Of a DNA stretch of 64,000 bases, positions 28,290-41,332 are shown in pieces. Positions within the stretch are counted from its first letter, which is position 1; each line of letters starts with the position of its first letter. Source of the DNA: the human T2T-CHM13v2.0 reference genome, Homo sapiens; NCBI RefSeq assembly GCF_009914755.1, contig NC_060930.1; one strand, written 5' to 3'. The translations under genes were made by a program, and so were the position numbers. The notes beneath the pieces are model-generated. The model was not told the origin of the DNA and did no database searches. It was given only the letters and a program-made list of their open reading frames with translations.

Positions 28290-28465
28290 GACCGGGCACA
28301 GTGGCTTATGCCTGAAATTCCAGCACTTTGAGAGGTCAAGGCTGATGGATCGCTTTGGCCCAGGAGTCCAAGGCTACAGTGAACCATGATTATGCCACTG
28401 CCTTCCAGCCTGGGTGACAGAGTGAGACCCAGACGCTACAAAAGAAAAGAGAAGAAAAGAAAAGA
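28290..28465 (+). mobile_element. Alu monomer (FRAM/AluJ-like)
   Basis: GACCGGGCACAGTGG..CCCAGGAGTCCAAGGCTACAGTGAACC..A-rich tail. Confidence 0.85.
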
Positions 28466-28885
28466 AATTTGGATGAATTCGTATTTAACCTTGAGTGGGT
28501 ATAACTTTCCCATCTAAAGTCCGAAATCCAGAGGCAAGAAGAAAAAATAAAAGAAATTTAAAAATTGTATCACATTAAAAAGAAAACACATTTGAATGGT
28601 CAAAAACACTGTAAGCAAAGTAATAAAATACATCACTTATTTACAACTTAAATCATAGATAAATCATTAATATCTCTAATATATTGAATGTTTTTTAAAA
28701 TAGTAAAGAGTCAAAGTTTCTTTACAGATGACCTATAGAAATTCATGATCAATTCATAGAAATAAGAAATGCAAATGGTTTTTGAACATGTGAATAGATG
28801 TTCAATCTCTCTCATATTAAGAGAATATACTAATTAAACCTACACCTAGAGAGCATTTTTTACTTATTAGTTTGGCACTAAGTTA

Positions 28886-29212
<327 letters not shown>

Positions 29213-31030
29213 TCATATATGTCTAGAGAGACATCAACATACAGTAATTACTATGGAAAATAATTTGAAAATGTCTAGCAAAATTACATAGAATCTACAT
29301 TTTGACCTAGCAATCTCACTTCTAAAAATCTATCCCACAGATAGATTGGCTTTTCATTGTGGGAATTATCTGATAGAGCAACTTAAATGTACATCAGTAA
29401 GAAGCTGTTTGAATTACATTACACTGACACTCAATGCCTTACTATGTAGCTATAAAAATGAATGAGGAACATCTCTGTGTACTTCTAGGGATTGAGGGTA
29501 GGAATTATTTTTCAGTTAAAAAATAAAGGTGGAAAATTATGGATATAGTATGGTCCCATTTATCTTAAAAATACTAAATGTAATTGTATATATGCTTAAT
29601 ATTTTTTAAAAAGGAAATAAACATGTAAAAAATAGATACCTATATAAGTGAAGGAAGAATTAGGAGCAAGAAAATAGTGAAAGACACCAAACTTCCTTAA
29701 ATATATCTTGTTTTGATTTTTAAATTATAAGAATATTTTACATAATTAAGAAATTGTATGAATTTTTTTAATTCTTAAAAATTCTTAATAAAATCTAAGA
29801 AAATGAAACACATAAACCTAACTATGTATGTTGATGATGATATATACGCACAGAGAAGACCAGTACTAGTACTAAGCAACTTTAAAACAAATTGGGTATT
29901 TATAATCACTAACAGGATACACCCTAAGGACAAAAAGGCAAAAGACTGAAAAAATAAATTGAGCTATTTTTGGAAATCATATTGTTGATAGTCATGTTTA
30001 TATTGTAATTCTGACACTGTTATATCTATATGACAAGGTAAATTAAATAAATGCCTATGTAATATTTTATCACAAGCAATACCATTTATAACCAAGATTC
30101 TCAATGTAGGACTAAGAAGATAAGAGGTAAGGTAGAAGAAGCTACACAAAATCCCCATGGTCCTGAATTTTAACTGGAAATATAAATAGGACACATGATA
30201 GTCTTTATTTTTTATTCAAACAAATAAAATAGCTCACTGGAGAAATGACTGATTTCAGGTCTGGGCAGGAAATAAATAAGCTAAGCCTGAAACACCTTGG
30301 TATATCAGATATTAAAAAAAAAGACCTGCAAAGACAGCAAAAGATATAAGGAGCAAACTTAAGGAGGGATCATTGATTAAAAGTGGGACTATTTGAGCAT
30401 CAATATCAAAAATAGCTAAAACGGGTTGAAATACATCAAAGAGGCATCATAAGTTTACAGTGATTCAAAATAAAACTTTAAAAATTGTTGGTCAATTACC
30501 GTTTTGAAAACTTGTAAAAAAATACATATCTATATAAACTGGTAAATACATTTTACCACTGATAGACAAAGAGAAGATGAAGGGATGTTTCTATTTTTAA
30601 AGTAATCTAGCTATTAAATGAGAACCGAATGATACAGTTGGAATACCAGTATTTGGCAACCAATAATAAATTAATGAATTAAGAGTATAAACAGCTACTC
30701 ATGTCCTAAAACCAGAGGTAACCAGACAGTATGTGCCTCCTGGTGGACGAACACAATGGCAGCTTTGGAACAGTCTTGCCAAAACAATTAAACCTGAATA
30801 TGATTGTCTCTAGATCCAACTATCAAGACAGATGAAAGAGAAGACAGAAGAATGTTAAAGAACACCACAGGGATGCATCAGCAAAATGCAGATAGTGAGA
30901 AACTCCCCAAGATAAATCACCTCATTTCTTCCATAAATAAGTTGAAAAGGGGGAAAAAGTTGGAGAGAAGACCTATACGTAGTAACACATAAACCATTTG
31001 CCATATTTGAGCTGATTTCAATCTAGACTA

Positions 31031-31381
<351 letters not shown>

Positions 31382-32109
31382 TTAAAAATAAAGTAACAAC
31401 ATATGTGAGACAGTTGAAAATTGGAACAGTCACTGGATATTTTATTGCATTGAAGAATCGTTGGTGATTATTTTTAGATAATGTTACTGTGCTTGGGTTT
31501 AAAAAAGAGTTCTCTTTAAGAGGTGTAAACTACAGCATTTACAGAAGATATAATAAAACTGCTTCAAAGCAATATGGGAAGGATGAGATATACTTGAAAA
31601 ATACTGACCACAGATTAATAGTTGAAGATGTGTAATGGTTACGTGGGATTTCAATGTACTCTTTGGTCTACTTTTACATATGTTTGGAATTCTACATTTA
31701 AAAAAATGACAGAACAATATGCTTGGGGATCTTGAAGAACAAATGGAACTTAAATTAGAAGTTAAAGAAAAGCTTCTTAGTGCAGAGTAAAGGTGTATAT
31801 GTTTAAGTAGGCACAGTTCATGAAACGTAGTTTCTGGTGGCTGTTGCTTGGAGTTTAAAAAGCAAAGGGAATATAAGGCTGGAATGTTAAGTAGAGATTA
31901 GGTCTTGGAGAATTTTGTATCCTATAAAATGTGGTGTACTTTACTGTAAGGGAAGCGGGGAGACATTAACAAGTTTTAAGCAGGAGAGTTAACACCAATG
32001 GAGTTGAATTCAGAAAGCTCAGGTAGCAGTTGTGAGGAAAACTGATTGAAGTGAGGACAGACAGCAGCAGAGAAAACAGTTAGAAGCCTGTTATAGTAAT
32101 TCATGAGAA

Positions 32110-34800
32110 TTTTTTTTATTATACTTTTCAGTTCTGGGATACATGTGCAGAACGTGCAGGTTTGCTACATAGTTATACATGTGCCATCGTGGTTTGCTGC
32201 ATCCATCAACCCGTCATCTATGTTAGGTATTTATCCTAATGCTATCCCTCCACAAGTACCCCACCCTCTGACAGGCCCCAGTGTGTGATGTTCCCCTCCC
32301 TGTTTCCATGTGTTCTCATTGTTCAACTCCCACTTATGAGTGAGAACATGCAGTGTTTCATTTTCTGTTCCTGTGTTAGTTTGCTGAGCATGATGGTTTC
32401 CAGCTTCATCCATGTACCTGCAAAGGACATGAACTCATCCTTTTTTATGGCTGTATAGTATTCCATGGTGTATATGTGCCACATTTTCTTTATCGAGTCT
32501 ATCATTGATGGGCATTTGGGTGGGTTCCAAGTCTTTGCTATTTTGAACAGTGCTGCGATAAACATACGTATGCATGTACCTTGATAACAAATGATTTATA
32601 ATCCTTTGGGTATATACCAAGTAATGAGATTGCTGGGTCAAATAGTATTTCTGTTCTAGATCCTTGAGGAATCACCACACTGTCTTCCACAATGGTTGAA
32701 CTAATTTACACTCCCACCAATAGTGTAAAAGCATTCCTGTTTCTCCACATCCTCTCCAGCATCTGTTGTTTCCTGACTTTGTAATGATCGCCATTCTAAC
32801 TGGCATAAGATGGTATCTCAGTGGTTTTGTTTTGCATTTCTCTAATAACCAGTGATTATGAGCTTTTTTTCATATGTTTGTTGCCTGCATAAATGTCTTC
32901 TTCTGAGAAGTGTCTGTTTATATCCTTCACCCACTTTTTGATGGGGTTGTTTGCATTTTTCATGTAAATTTGTTTAAGTTCCTTGTAGATTCTGATATTA
33001 GCCCAAGAGTAGACCAATAACAAGCTCTGAAATCGAGGCAGTAATTAGTTGCCTAACAACCAAAAAAAGCCCAGGACCAGATGGATTCACCGCCAAATTC
33101 TACCGGAGGTATGAAGAGGACCTGGCACAATTCCTCCTGAAATTATTCCAAACAATAGAAAAAGAGGGACTCCTCCCTAACTCATTTCATGAAGCCAGCA
33201 TCATCCTGACACCAAAACCTGGCAGAGACACAACAGAAAAAGAAAATTTCAGGCCAATATCCCTGATGAGCATCAATGTGAAAATCCTCAATAAAATACT
33301 GGCAAACCGAATCCAGCAGCAAACAGAATCCGATTGCAGCTTATCCACCGCAATCAAGTCAGCTTCATCCCTAGGATGCAAGGCTGGCTCATCATACACA
33401 AATCAATAAACATAAACTATCACATAAAAAGAACCAATGACCAAAACCACATGATGATCTCAATAGACGCAGAAAAGGCCTTTGATAAAATTCAACACCC
33501 CTTCATGCTAAAAACTCTCAATAAACTAGGAATTGATGGAAGATATCTCAAGATAAAAAGAGCTATTTATGACAAACCCACAGCCAATATCATACTGAAT
33601 GGGCAAAAGCTGGAAGCATTCCCTTTGAAAACCAGCACAATACAAAGATGCCCTCTCTCACCACTCCTGTTCAACATAGTATTGGAAGTTCTGGCCACGG
33701 CATTCTGGCAAAAGAAAAAATAAAAGGTATTCAAATAGGAAGAGAGGAAGTCAAATTGTCTCTGTTTGCAGATGACATGATTGTATATTTAGAAAACCAC
33801 ATCGCCTCAGCCCAAAATCTTCTTAAGCTGGTAAGCAACTTCAGCAAAGTCTCAGGATACAAAATCAATGTGCAAAAATTACACCAGTAATAGACACCAG
33901 TAATAGACAGAGAGCCAAATCATGAGTGAACTCCCATTCACAATTGCTACAAAGAGAATAAAATACCTAGAAATACAACTTAAAAGGGATGTGTAGGACC
34001 TCTTCAAGGAGAACTACAAACCACTGCTCAAGGAAATAAGAAAGGAAACAAACAAATGGAAAAACATTCCATGCTCATGGATAGGAAGAATCAATATCAT
34101 CAAAATGGCCATACTGCACAAAGTAATTTATAGATTCAATGTTATCCCCATCAAGCTACCATTGACTTTCTTCACAGAATTAGAAAAAATTACTTTAAAT
34201 TTCATACGGAACCAAAAAAGAGCCTGCACAACCAAGACAATCCTAAGCAAAAATAACAAAGCTGGAGGCATCATGCCACCTGACTTCAAACTATACTACA
34301 AGACTACAGTAACCAAAAGAGCATGGTACTGGTACCAAAACAGATATATAGACCAATGGGACAGAACAGAGGCCTCAAAAATAACACCACACATTGGCAA
34401 CAATCTGATCTTTGACAAACCTGAGAAAAACAAGCAACGAGGAAAGGATTCTCTATTTAATAAGTGGTGTTGGGAAAACTGGCTAGCCATATGCAGAAAA
34501 CTGAAACTGGACCCCTTCCTTACACCTTATACAAAAATTAACTCAAGATGGATTAAAGACTTAAACATAAGACCTAAAACCATTAAAACCCTAGAAGAAA
34601 ACCTAAATAATACCATTTAGGACATAGGCATGGGCAAAGACTTCATGACTACAACACCAAAAGCAATGGCAACAAAAGCCAAAATTGACAAATGTGATCT
34701 AAGTAAACTAAAGAACTTCTGCACAGCAGAAGAAACTATCATCAGAGTGAACAGGCAACCTACAGAATGGGAGAAAAGTTTTGCAATCTATCCATCTGAT
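32110..34800 (-). mobile_element. L1PA7/8-like element with 5' inversion (twin priming), inserted in an L2
   Basis: 32110-33005 is the minus-strand 3' end; 33006-34800 is plus-strand ORF2 ending about 4 nt short of where the other part begins. Confidence 0.92.
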
Positions 34801-35059
34801 AATTTAAAAAAAAACACGAAAATTGACAGGACTTAGTGATTGGATATAAGAGATCAGAAATACAGAAAGTCTAGGACAACTCCCAGGTTTTTGGTTTTGT
34901 TACCCATATGGATGGGATGTAATTAGATTAAAATAAAATTGGATTAATTTTTTCAGCTTTTTGGGGACTCTTATAATGTATCTTGAGCTAATAAGTGCTT
35001 AGATATTACAAAACAAGAACTGTGAATCACAACTAAGAGATGATTCTGACACTAGTGTC

Positions 35060-35270
35060 CATTAATGTGAAAATCAGCAGTCACAGACTATGGCTCTCTG
35101 AATCATGCAAACGATTCTCTATGCAATGATAACTAGACATTTAAATGTTCTGAGTCACAGTCTTGCAATCTTGACAGTGCAGACAAGAATATATGCTTCC
35201 TAATCACTTAATGAAGAAGAAAATTTTTTTTTTTCTGGATTTAAAAAAGACATTTCTAACCGATGGAAAC
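35060..35270 (+). pseudogene. RNase10-like remnant (K)
   Basis: DYGSLNHANDSLCND N*TFKCSE SQSC (C35122-x13-C35164); compare RNase10 [27 protein letters not shown]. Confidence 0.5.
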
Positions 35271-35436
35271 ATTTGACATTTGGTATTTGGCATTTGAATA
35301 CAAAATGAATGTTATCTTTTTACCACAATTTTCTGAGTTTCTCTCTATAAAAGACTCTTTTTGTTTGTTTTTAATTTATAAAGAAAAGAGCTTTAATTGG
35401 CTCATGTTTCTGCAGGCTGTACAAGCATGGTGCCCC

Positions 35437-35895
35437 TGAGGTAGGAGAATAGGGCCTGGAGACTGGGAACCTGAGGACTTCCTAGAACTAAATTAAATGG
35501 AAACACTTCAGCAATAACACGAATGTGAATGGCTTTGTAACTTCACTTCATCCTCTTCATTTATATAGGCGACACACACCCAGTAACATCCTCTCCATTT
35601 ACATAGGGTGCATACTGAGTAAATGACTTTGTAACTTGACTTCATCCTCTTTATTTACATAGAGCATACACCAAGTAACCAATGGGAAACCTCTAGAGGG
35701 AACTGAAACTCCAGAAAATTCTGTAACCAGCGCCCTTGACCTGCTTGCTGGGGCCCACTCCCACCCTGTGGAGTGTGCTTTCATTTTCAATAAACCTCTG
35801 CTTTTATTGCTTCATTCTTCCCGTGCTTTATTTGTGTGTTTTATCCAATTATTTGTTCAAAATGCCAAGAACCTGGACACCCTCAACTGGTAACA
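35437..35895 (+). mobile_element. MER51-type ERV1 solo LTR
   Basis: TGAGGTAGGAGAATAGGG..CCAATGGGAAACCTCTAGAGG..AATAAA..GGTAACA. Confidence 0.85.
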
Positions 35896-36222
35896 CCAGC
35901 ATCTGTTCAGCTTGTGGGGAGGCCTCAGTGAGGTTTTACTCATGGCAGAAGGTGAAGCAGGAGCAGGAGCAGTGAAAGAAGGAATGAGAGAGAAGGAGGG
36001 GCAGGGGTGCCACACTTTACAACAACCAGATCTTGTGAGAACTCACTCGCTATCATAAGGATAGCTTGAAGCCATGAGGAATCCTCCCCCATGACCCAAA
36101 CACCTCCCACCTCCAACATGGGGGATTATAATTCAACCTGAGATTTGGCAGCGACATATATTCAAACCATATCATTCTACCCTCTCCGCCCAGCCCCGCT
36201 CCCCCCTCAAATTTCATGTCCT

Positions 36223-36387
36223 TAGAAGAAAACCTAGGCGATACCATTTAGGACATAGGCATGGGCAAAGACTTCATGACTAAAACACCAAAAGCAATGG
36301 CAACAAAAGCCAAAATTAACAAATGGGATCTAATTAAACTAAAGAACTTCTGCACAGCAAAAGAAACTATCATCAGAGTGAACAGGC
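36223..36387 (+). mobile_element. 165-bp internal L1 ORF2 fragment without poly-A
   Basis: Same segment as 34591-34756. Confidence 0.9.
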
Positions 36388-37991
36388 TGATGGGGGATCA
36401 TATTTCAACATGAGATTTGGCAGTGACATATATTCAAACCATATCATTCTGCCCTCCCCCCCACCACAAATTGCATGTCCTTCTCATATTGCAAAATACA
36501 ATCATGCCTTCCCAACACTCCCCAAAAGTCTTAACTCATTCCATCATTATCTCAAAAGTCCCAAGTCCCATACCAAAGTCTCATCTAGAGATGAGTTCCT
36601 TCCACCTGTGAGCCTGCAAAATCAAAACAAGTTATTTATTCCCGAGATACATGGGGTTACAAGGATTGGGTAAACATTCCCATTCCAAAAGGGGGAAATT
36701 GGCCAACAAGAAGGGGCTTCAGGCTCTATGCAAGTTTGAAACCTAGCAGGGCAGTAATTAAATGCTCTAAAATAATATTTGACTCCATGTGCCTCTGCGT
36801 GGGGGCTCCAACCCACATTTCCCCTCCACACTGCCCAAGTAGAGGTTCTCTGAGTGGGCTTGCCCCTGCAGCAGACCTCTGCCTGGACACCTGGGCTTTC
36901 TCATACATCCTCTGAAATCTAGGCAGAAGCTGCCAAGCCTCTTTCACTTTTGCACTCTGTGTGCCTGCAGGCTTAACACCACATGGAAGCTGCCCTGACT
37001 TATAGCTTGCACCCTCTGAAGCAGCAGCTCAAGCTATACCTGGGGACCTTTGAATCAAGGCTGGTACTGGAGCCGCTGGGAGGTGGGGAACAGTATCCCA
37101 AGGCTTCACAGGGCAGCAGGGGCCTGACCTCTGCAACCATTTTTTCCTCCTAGGACTCAGGGTCTGTGATAAGAGGGGCTGCCTCAGATCTCTGAAAGGC
37201 CTCTGAGGCTTTTTTCCATTGTCTTGGCTATCAGCACCTGGGTCTTTTTAGTTATGCTAATTTCTATAGCAAATGGTTACTTTGCAGTCTACTTGAATTT
37301 TTCTTGAAAAAGCTTTTTCTTTCTTTGCCACATGAGTAGCATTTTCCAAAATTTTACACTCCACTTCCTGTTTAAATATAAATTTCAACTGTAAGTAATT
37401 TCTTTGCTCCCACACCTGAGCTAGGCAATTAGAAGTAGCCAAGCCACATCTTGAAAACTTTGCTGCTTAGAAATTTCTCCCACCAGATAACCTAAATCAT
37501 CACTCATTAGTTCAAACTTTCACAGATACCTAGGGCATGACTACAACACAGCCAAGCTCTTTGCTAAGGCATAACACAGGTGACCTTTGCTCCAGTTCCC
37601 AGTAAGTTCCCCATTTCCATCTGAGACCTCATCAGCCTGAAGTTCACTGTCCATATCACTGTCAGCATTTTGGTCACATTTAACTAGTCTCTGAGAAATT
37701 CCAAACTTTCCCTCATCTTCCCGTCTTATGCTGAGCCCTCCAAATTCTTCCAGCTTCTGCCTGTTACCCAATTCCAAAATTGCTTCCACATTTTCAGGTA
37801 TTTTTATAGCAATGCCATAATCCTCAGTACCAATTTTCTGTGTTAGGCGGTTCTTGCAGTGCTATAAAGAAATACCTGAGACTGGGTATTTTATAAAGAA
37901 AAGAGGTTTAGTTGGCTCATGGTTCTGCGGACTGTACAAGCAGGGAGCTTTTACGCATGGCAGAAGGCAAGTGGAAAAAGGCACATCACAT

Positions 37992-38528
37992 TGTCAGAGG
38001 CGTCTGAACCAGAGCAACTCCATCTTGAAGAGGTGGTGGGTAAAATAAGGCTGAGACCTACTGGGCTTCATTCCCAGGAGGAAAAGACATTCTAAGTCAC
38101 AGGATGCGATAGGAGGTTGGCACAAGATACAGGTCATAAAGATCATGCTACAGTTTGCAGTAAAGCAGCAGCCAAAACCTACCAAAATCGAGATTGCAAC
38201 AGGAGTGACCTCTGGTCATCCTCACTGATACGCTCCCAGCAGTGCCATGACAGTTTACAAATGCCATGGCAATGTCAGGAAGTTACCCCGTATGGTCTAA
38301 AAAGGGGATGCATACATAATACACCCCTTATTTAGCATATAATCAAGAATGATAAAAATGGGCAGCCAGCAGCCCTCGAGGCTGCTCTGTCTGTGCGGTA
38401 GCCATTCTTTATTCCTTTACTTTCTTACTAAACTTGCTTTCACTTTATAGACTCATCCTGAATTCTTTCTTGCACGAGATCCAAGAATCCTCTCTTGGGG
38501 TCTGGATTGCGACCAGTTTCCAGTAACA
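37992..38528 (+). mobile_element. MER41 solo LTR (MER41A-like, lacking the tandem STAT1 GAS segment)
   Basis: TGTCAGAGGCG..CCAGTAACA; 4-bp TSD ACAT on both sides. Confidence 0.9.
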
Positions 38529-38879
38529 ACATAGTGAGAGCAGGAGCAAGAGAGCAAAAGGGCACATATTTAATAGTTGTTTTCTTGTCTGTTCCTATGG
38601 GTTTGGTGTAAAAGTGTGTTTTAAACATTAAATTTATGATTCTAGCCATTAAAAGAGATATGTGAAACAGTAAAGCAGCATGAGTTGCTAAAAAGGTCTT
38701 TAATAATACAACTATTTCCATTCCCTGGTTTGATGGGTCCAGGAAAGGGAGAAGGGAAAGTCCAGGATGTATCTTGAAGCTACATTCAGATAAAAAGTGT
38801 ATTGTTTATATTAGAACAGATGTTTATCTGTGCTGCTTTCCAAAGCTAAGGGAAAGTAAAGAAAGCTAAAGCCCAAGCC

Positions 38880-39275
38880 CACATTTGGTCACCAAGGAAG
38901 GTCTTCAAGTTCAAAAAGCCTATTTGCCTCAATTCACTGAATCTGAGAGGGTGGGGGGCTGGCACTGTCTTTAAGTAGTTACCAACCATTGCACCATGGT
39001 TCAGGCACAGCCACAATACAAGTTATGACAAGTCTGTGAGATCAGAAACTTGTCCTGCCACAAAGGAAGCTGTGTCTGCTTCTTGGGGGTCAGCATCATT
39101 CCGAGTTCTGAGGTGATCTGAATATTTAAAGTCAGTTTAATGACCTATTTGATATCATTTTTTATTTAGAGGCATATGTAATATGTGTTACTATAAATTC
39201 CAGTTGGCACTGGTATATATCACATGCAGATGAATTTTTGCACAGAGGGACAATAAAAGACCCATTCTTTGATTC
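38880..39275 (+). pseudogene. Decayed RNase A-family remnant (L), best-preserved cysteine scaffold
   Basis: ICLNSLNLRG..HC..QVC(39035)-EIRNLS-C(39056)-HKGSCV-C(39077)F..VSLMTY..CYY(39186)KFQLALVYITC(39225)..KRPI-c-FD. Confidence 0.75.
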
Positions 39276-39605
39276 CCTATTATAGACAATACAAAGAGCA
39301 AAAAATATGGTTTGGCTAAGCGACACAATACAAATCAGAGATGTTTACCTCCAGGACTCATGACCAGATACCAAAAATGGCTTCGACTTCCAATTATTTT
39401 ATCTGTATATAAGATGCTTTAAAAATTATAAATTATCTTAATGAGAAGTCCTCCAAGCTTCCCTTTTCTTACAGTTTATTATGGTTAGAGTATCTTTCTC
39501 CTACTCTTTATGATGGTATCTGCTTTAATGAATGAATAATTATAGTAGAATTCTTTGCTTTATAATTATATTTGATGAGATTCTGGCTAAGAAATCTCAC
39601 ACATA

Positions 39606-39915
<310 letters not shown>

Positions 39916-40179
39916 AAATCTCACACATAGAGCCACAGACCTATGTAGGGAAGAAATTATTTCTTTTGGGAAAATAAAAAGCCAGCTAAACTTCTTCATG
40001 CTCTGGGTATTAATTTTTGTTAGAATAAGAGTTTGATCTACTCCAGATGTAATCTTCTGTGATCCAGCAAATATGACAGTTCAGGATTAAGAGACCTTTA
40101 ATGTTAATTTCATTACTTTTTATGTTGTAATTGAAAGTTACATAAAAATGTACTCTGCTTCCTAGAAACTTTGCCACAG

Positions 40180-40184
40180 ATACA

Positions 40185-40225
<41 letters not shown>
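40180..40225. repeat. (CA)n microsatellite
   Basis: Direct reading. Confidence 0.95.
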
Positions 40226-40226
<1 letters not shown>

Positions 40227-40823
40227 ACTCATACAAAATGATACAAAATTATGATCAGTATTTGGTTACTTTCATTTTATAGAAATAAATGGTTATTTAA
40301 GCATGTAAGAAGTACGTGGTTAAAGTACTTATCCAGAACATTTAATGCATACAAAAGCTATTCTATTTACTAAAAAAGATATAATCACAATATTTTTCGA
40401 ACCTCAATAAAATTCTCAAGTCATCTGAATTTTCTCCTTCTTTTACAGAGGGATGTTTGTCATATTTTATACTGATAAGAGTCTAAGAATTGCTGAGGAC
40501 AAACCATGTATATTAAAAGTACGGTTGAATACTGTCTTCTAGACTCAGCAAAAAAAGTTCAACTAGTATTGACTCTCTGATATATGACATGTTATCTTGT
40601 AATCAGAATAGTAGTTAATATATCAAATAATATGCTGCATTCTATGATGGTAATAAAATGAAATTTCTGTAACTTTATTATTTTGACATATGTATGAATT
40701 TTCAATTGTCCATTTAAAACTTTTGAAAATATAAATGCTGTGTATTCTAAAGATTTCTTTGTGGCTCATTTTTCTCTTGTTTGAGGGCTTAAGCTCTGCA
40801 CGTCAGCTACGTACCAAGCAGCT

Positions 40824-40854
40824 GTTGCTAGGATGTATCTGTTTCCATAGCAAT
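40824..40854. promoter_or_regulatory. Paired RFX X-box-like motifs
   Basis: GTTGCTAGGATG (40824) and GTTTCCATAGCAAT (40841-40854). Confidence 0.5.
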
Positions 40855-41190
40855 AGATGAACTCTTCAGATACATCTAGAATTCCCCCTCTTTTCTCTAT
40901 CCCTCAATCCCTTGTCCATCCATATGTAAATCAGTATCCAAATCTCTAACTGCAACAGAATTATTCCAAGTGATAATATCTGTATTTAACATCCGTGTAT
41001 GTAGTGTTGTCCATTATAGAATTTTTTTCTTTAATCTCTGCATTCTTTTCTCAAGATGTTTATATTGTGTAGAAATTCCTGTGATTTGGAGATTAACACT
41101 GTGCCAAGTTGATAAAGATCAAAAACATTTTCTGCCAAGGCACTTTTCAGAAACAGTAATTAATAGGAGAAAACAGCTAGGTGCAAATGG

Positions 41191-41332
41191 TCTTCCTCTT
41201 CCTCTTCCTCTTCCTCTTCCTCTTCCTCTTCCTCTTCTTCTTCTTCTTCTTCTTCTTCTTCTTCTTCTTCTTCTTCTTCTTCTTCTTCTTCTGCTTCTTC
41301 TTCCTTCTCCTTCTCCTTCTTCTTCTTCTTCA
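41191..41332. repeat. (CTTCCT)n/(CTT)n polypyrimidine microsatellite
   Basis: Direct reading. Confidence 0.97.

Larger units (their letters stand above)
35372..38560 (-). mobile_element. MST (MaLR) provirus: two LTRs plus internal region, each LTR interrupted
   Basis: MST LTR motif TTTATAAAGAAAAGAG..TTGGCTCA..TTCTGC at both ends; MST-int between about 36176 and 37838. Confidence 0.88.

Noticed and set aside
37992-38528. Interferon-inducible MER41B-type STAT1 enhancer
   Set aside because: The segment carrying the tandem TTCCGGGAA motifs is absent in this copy.
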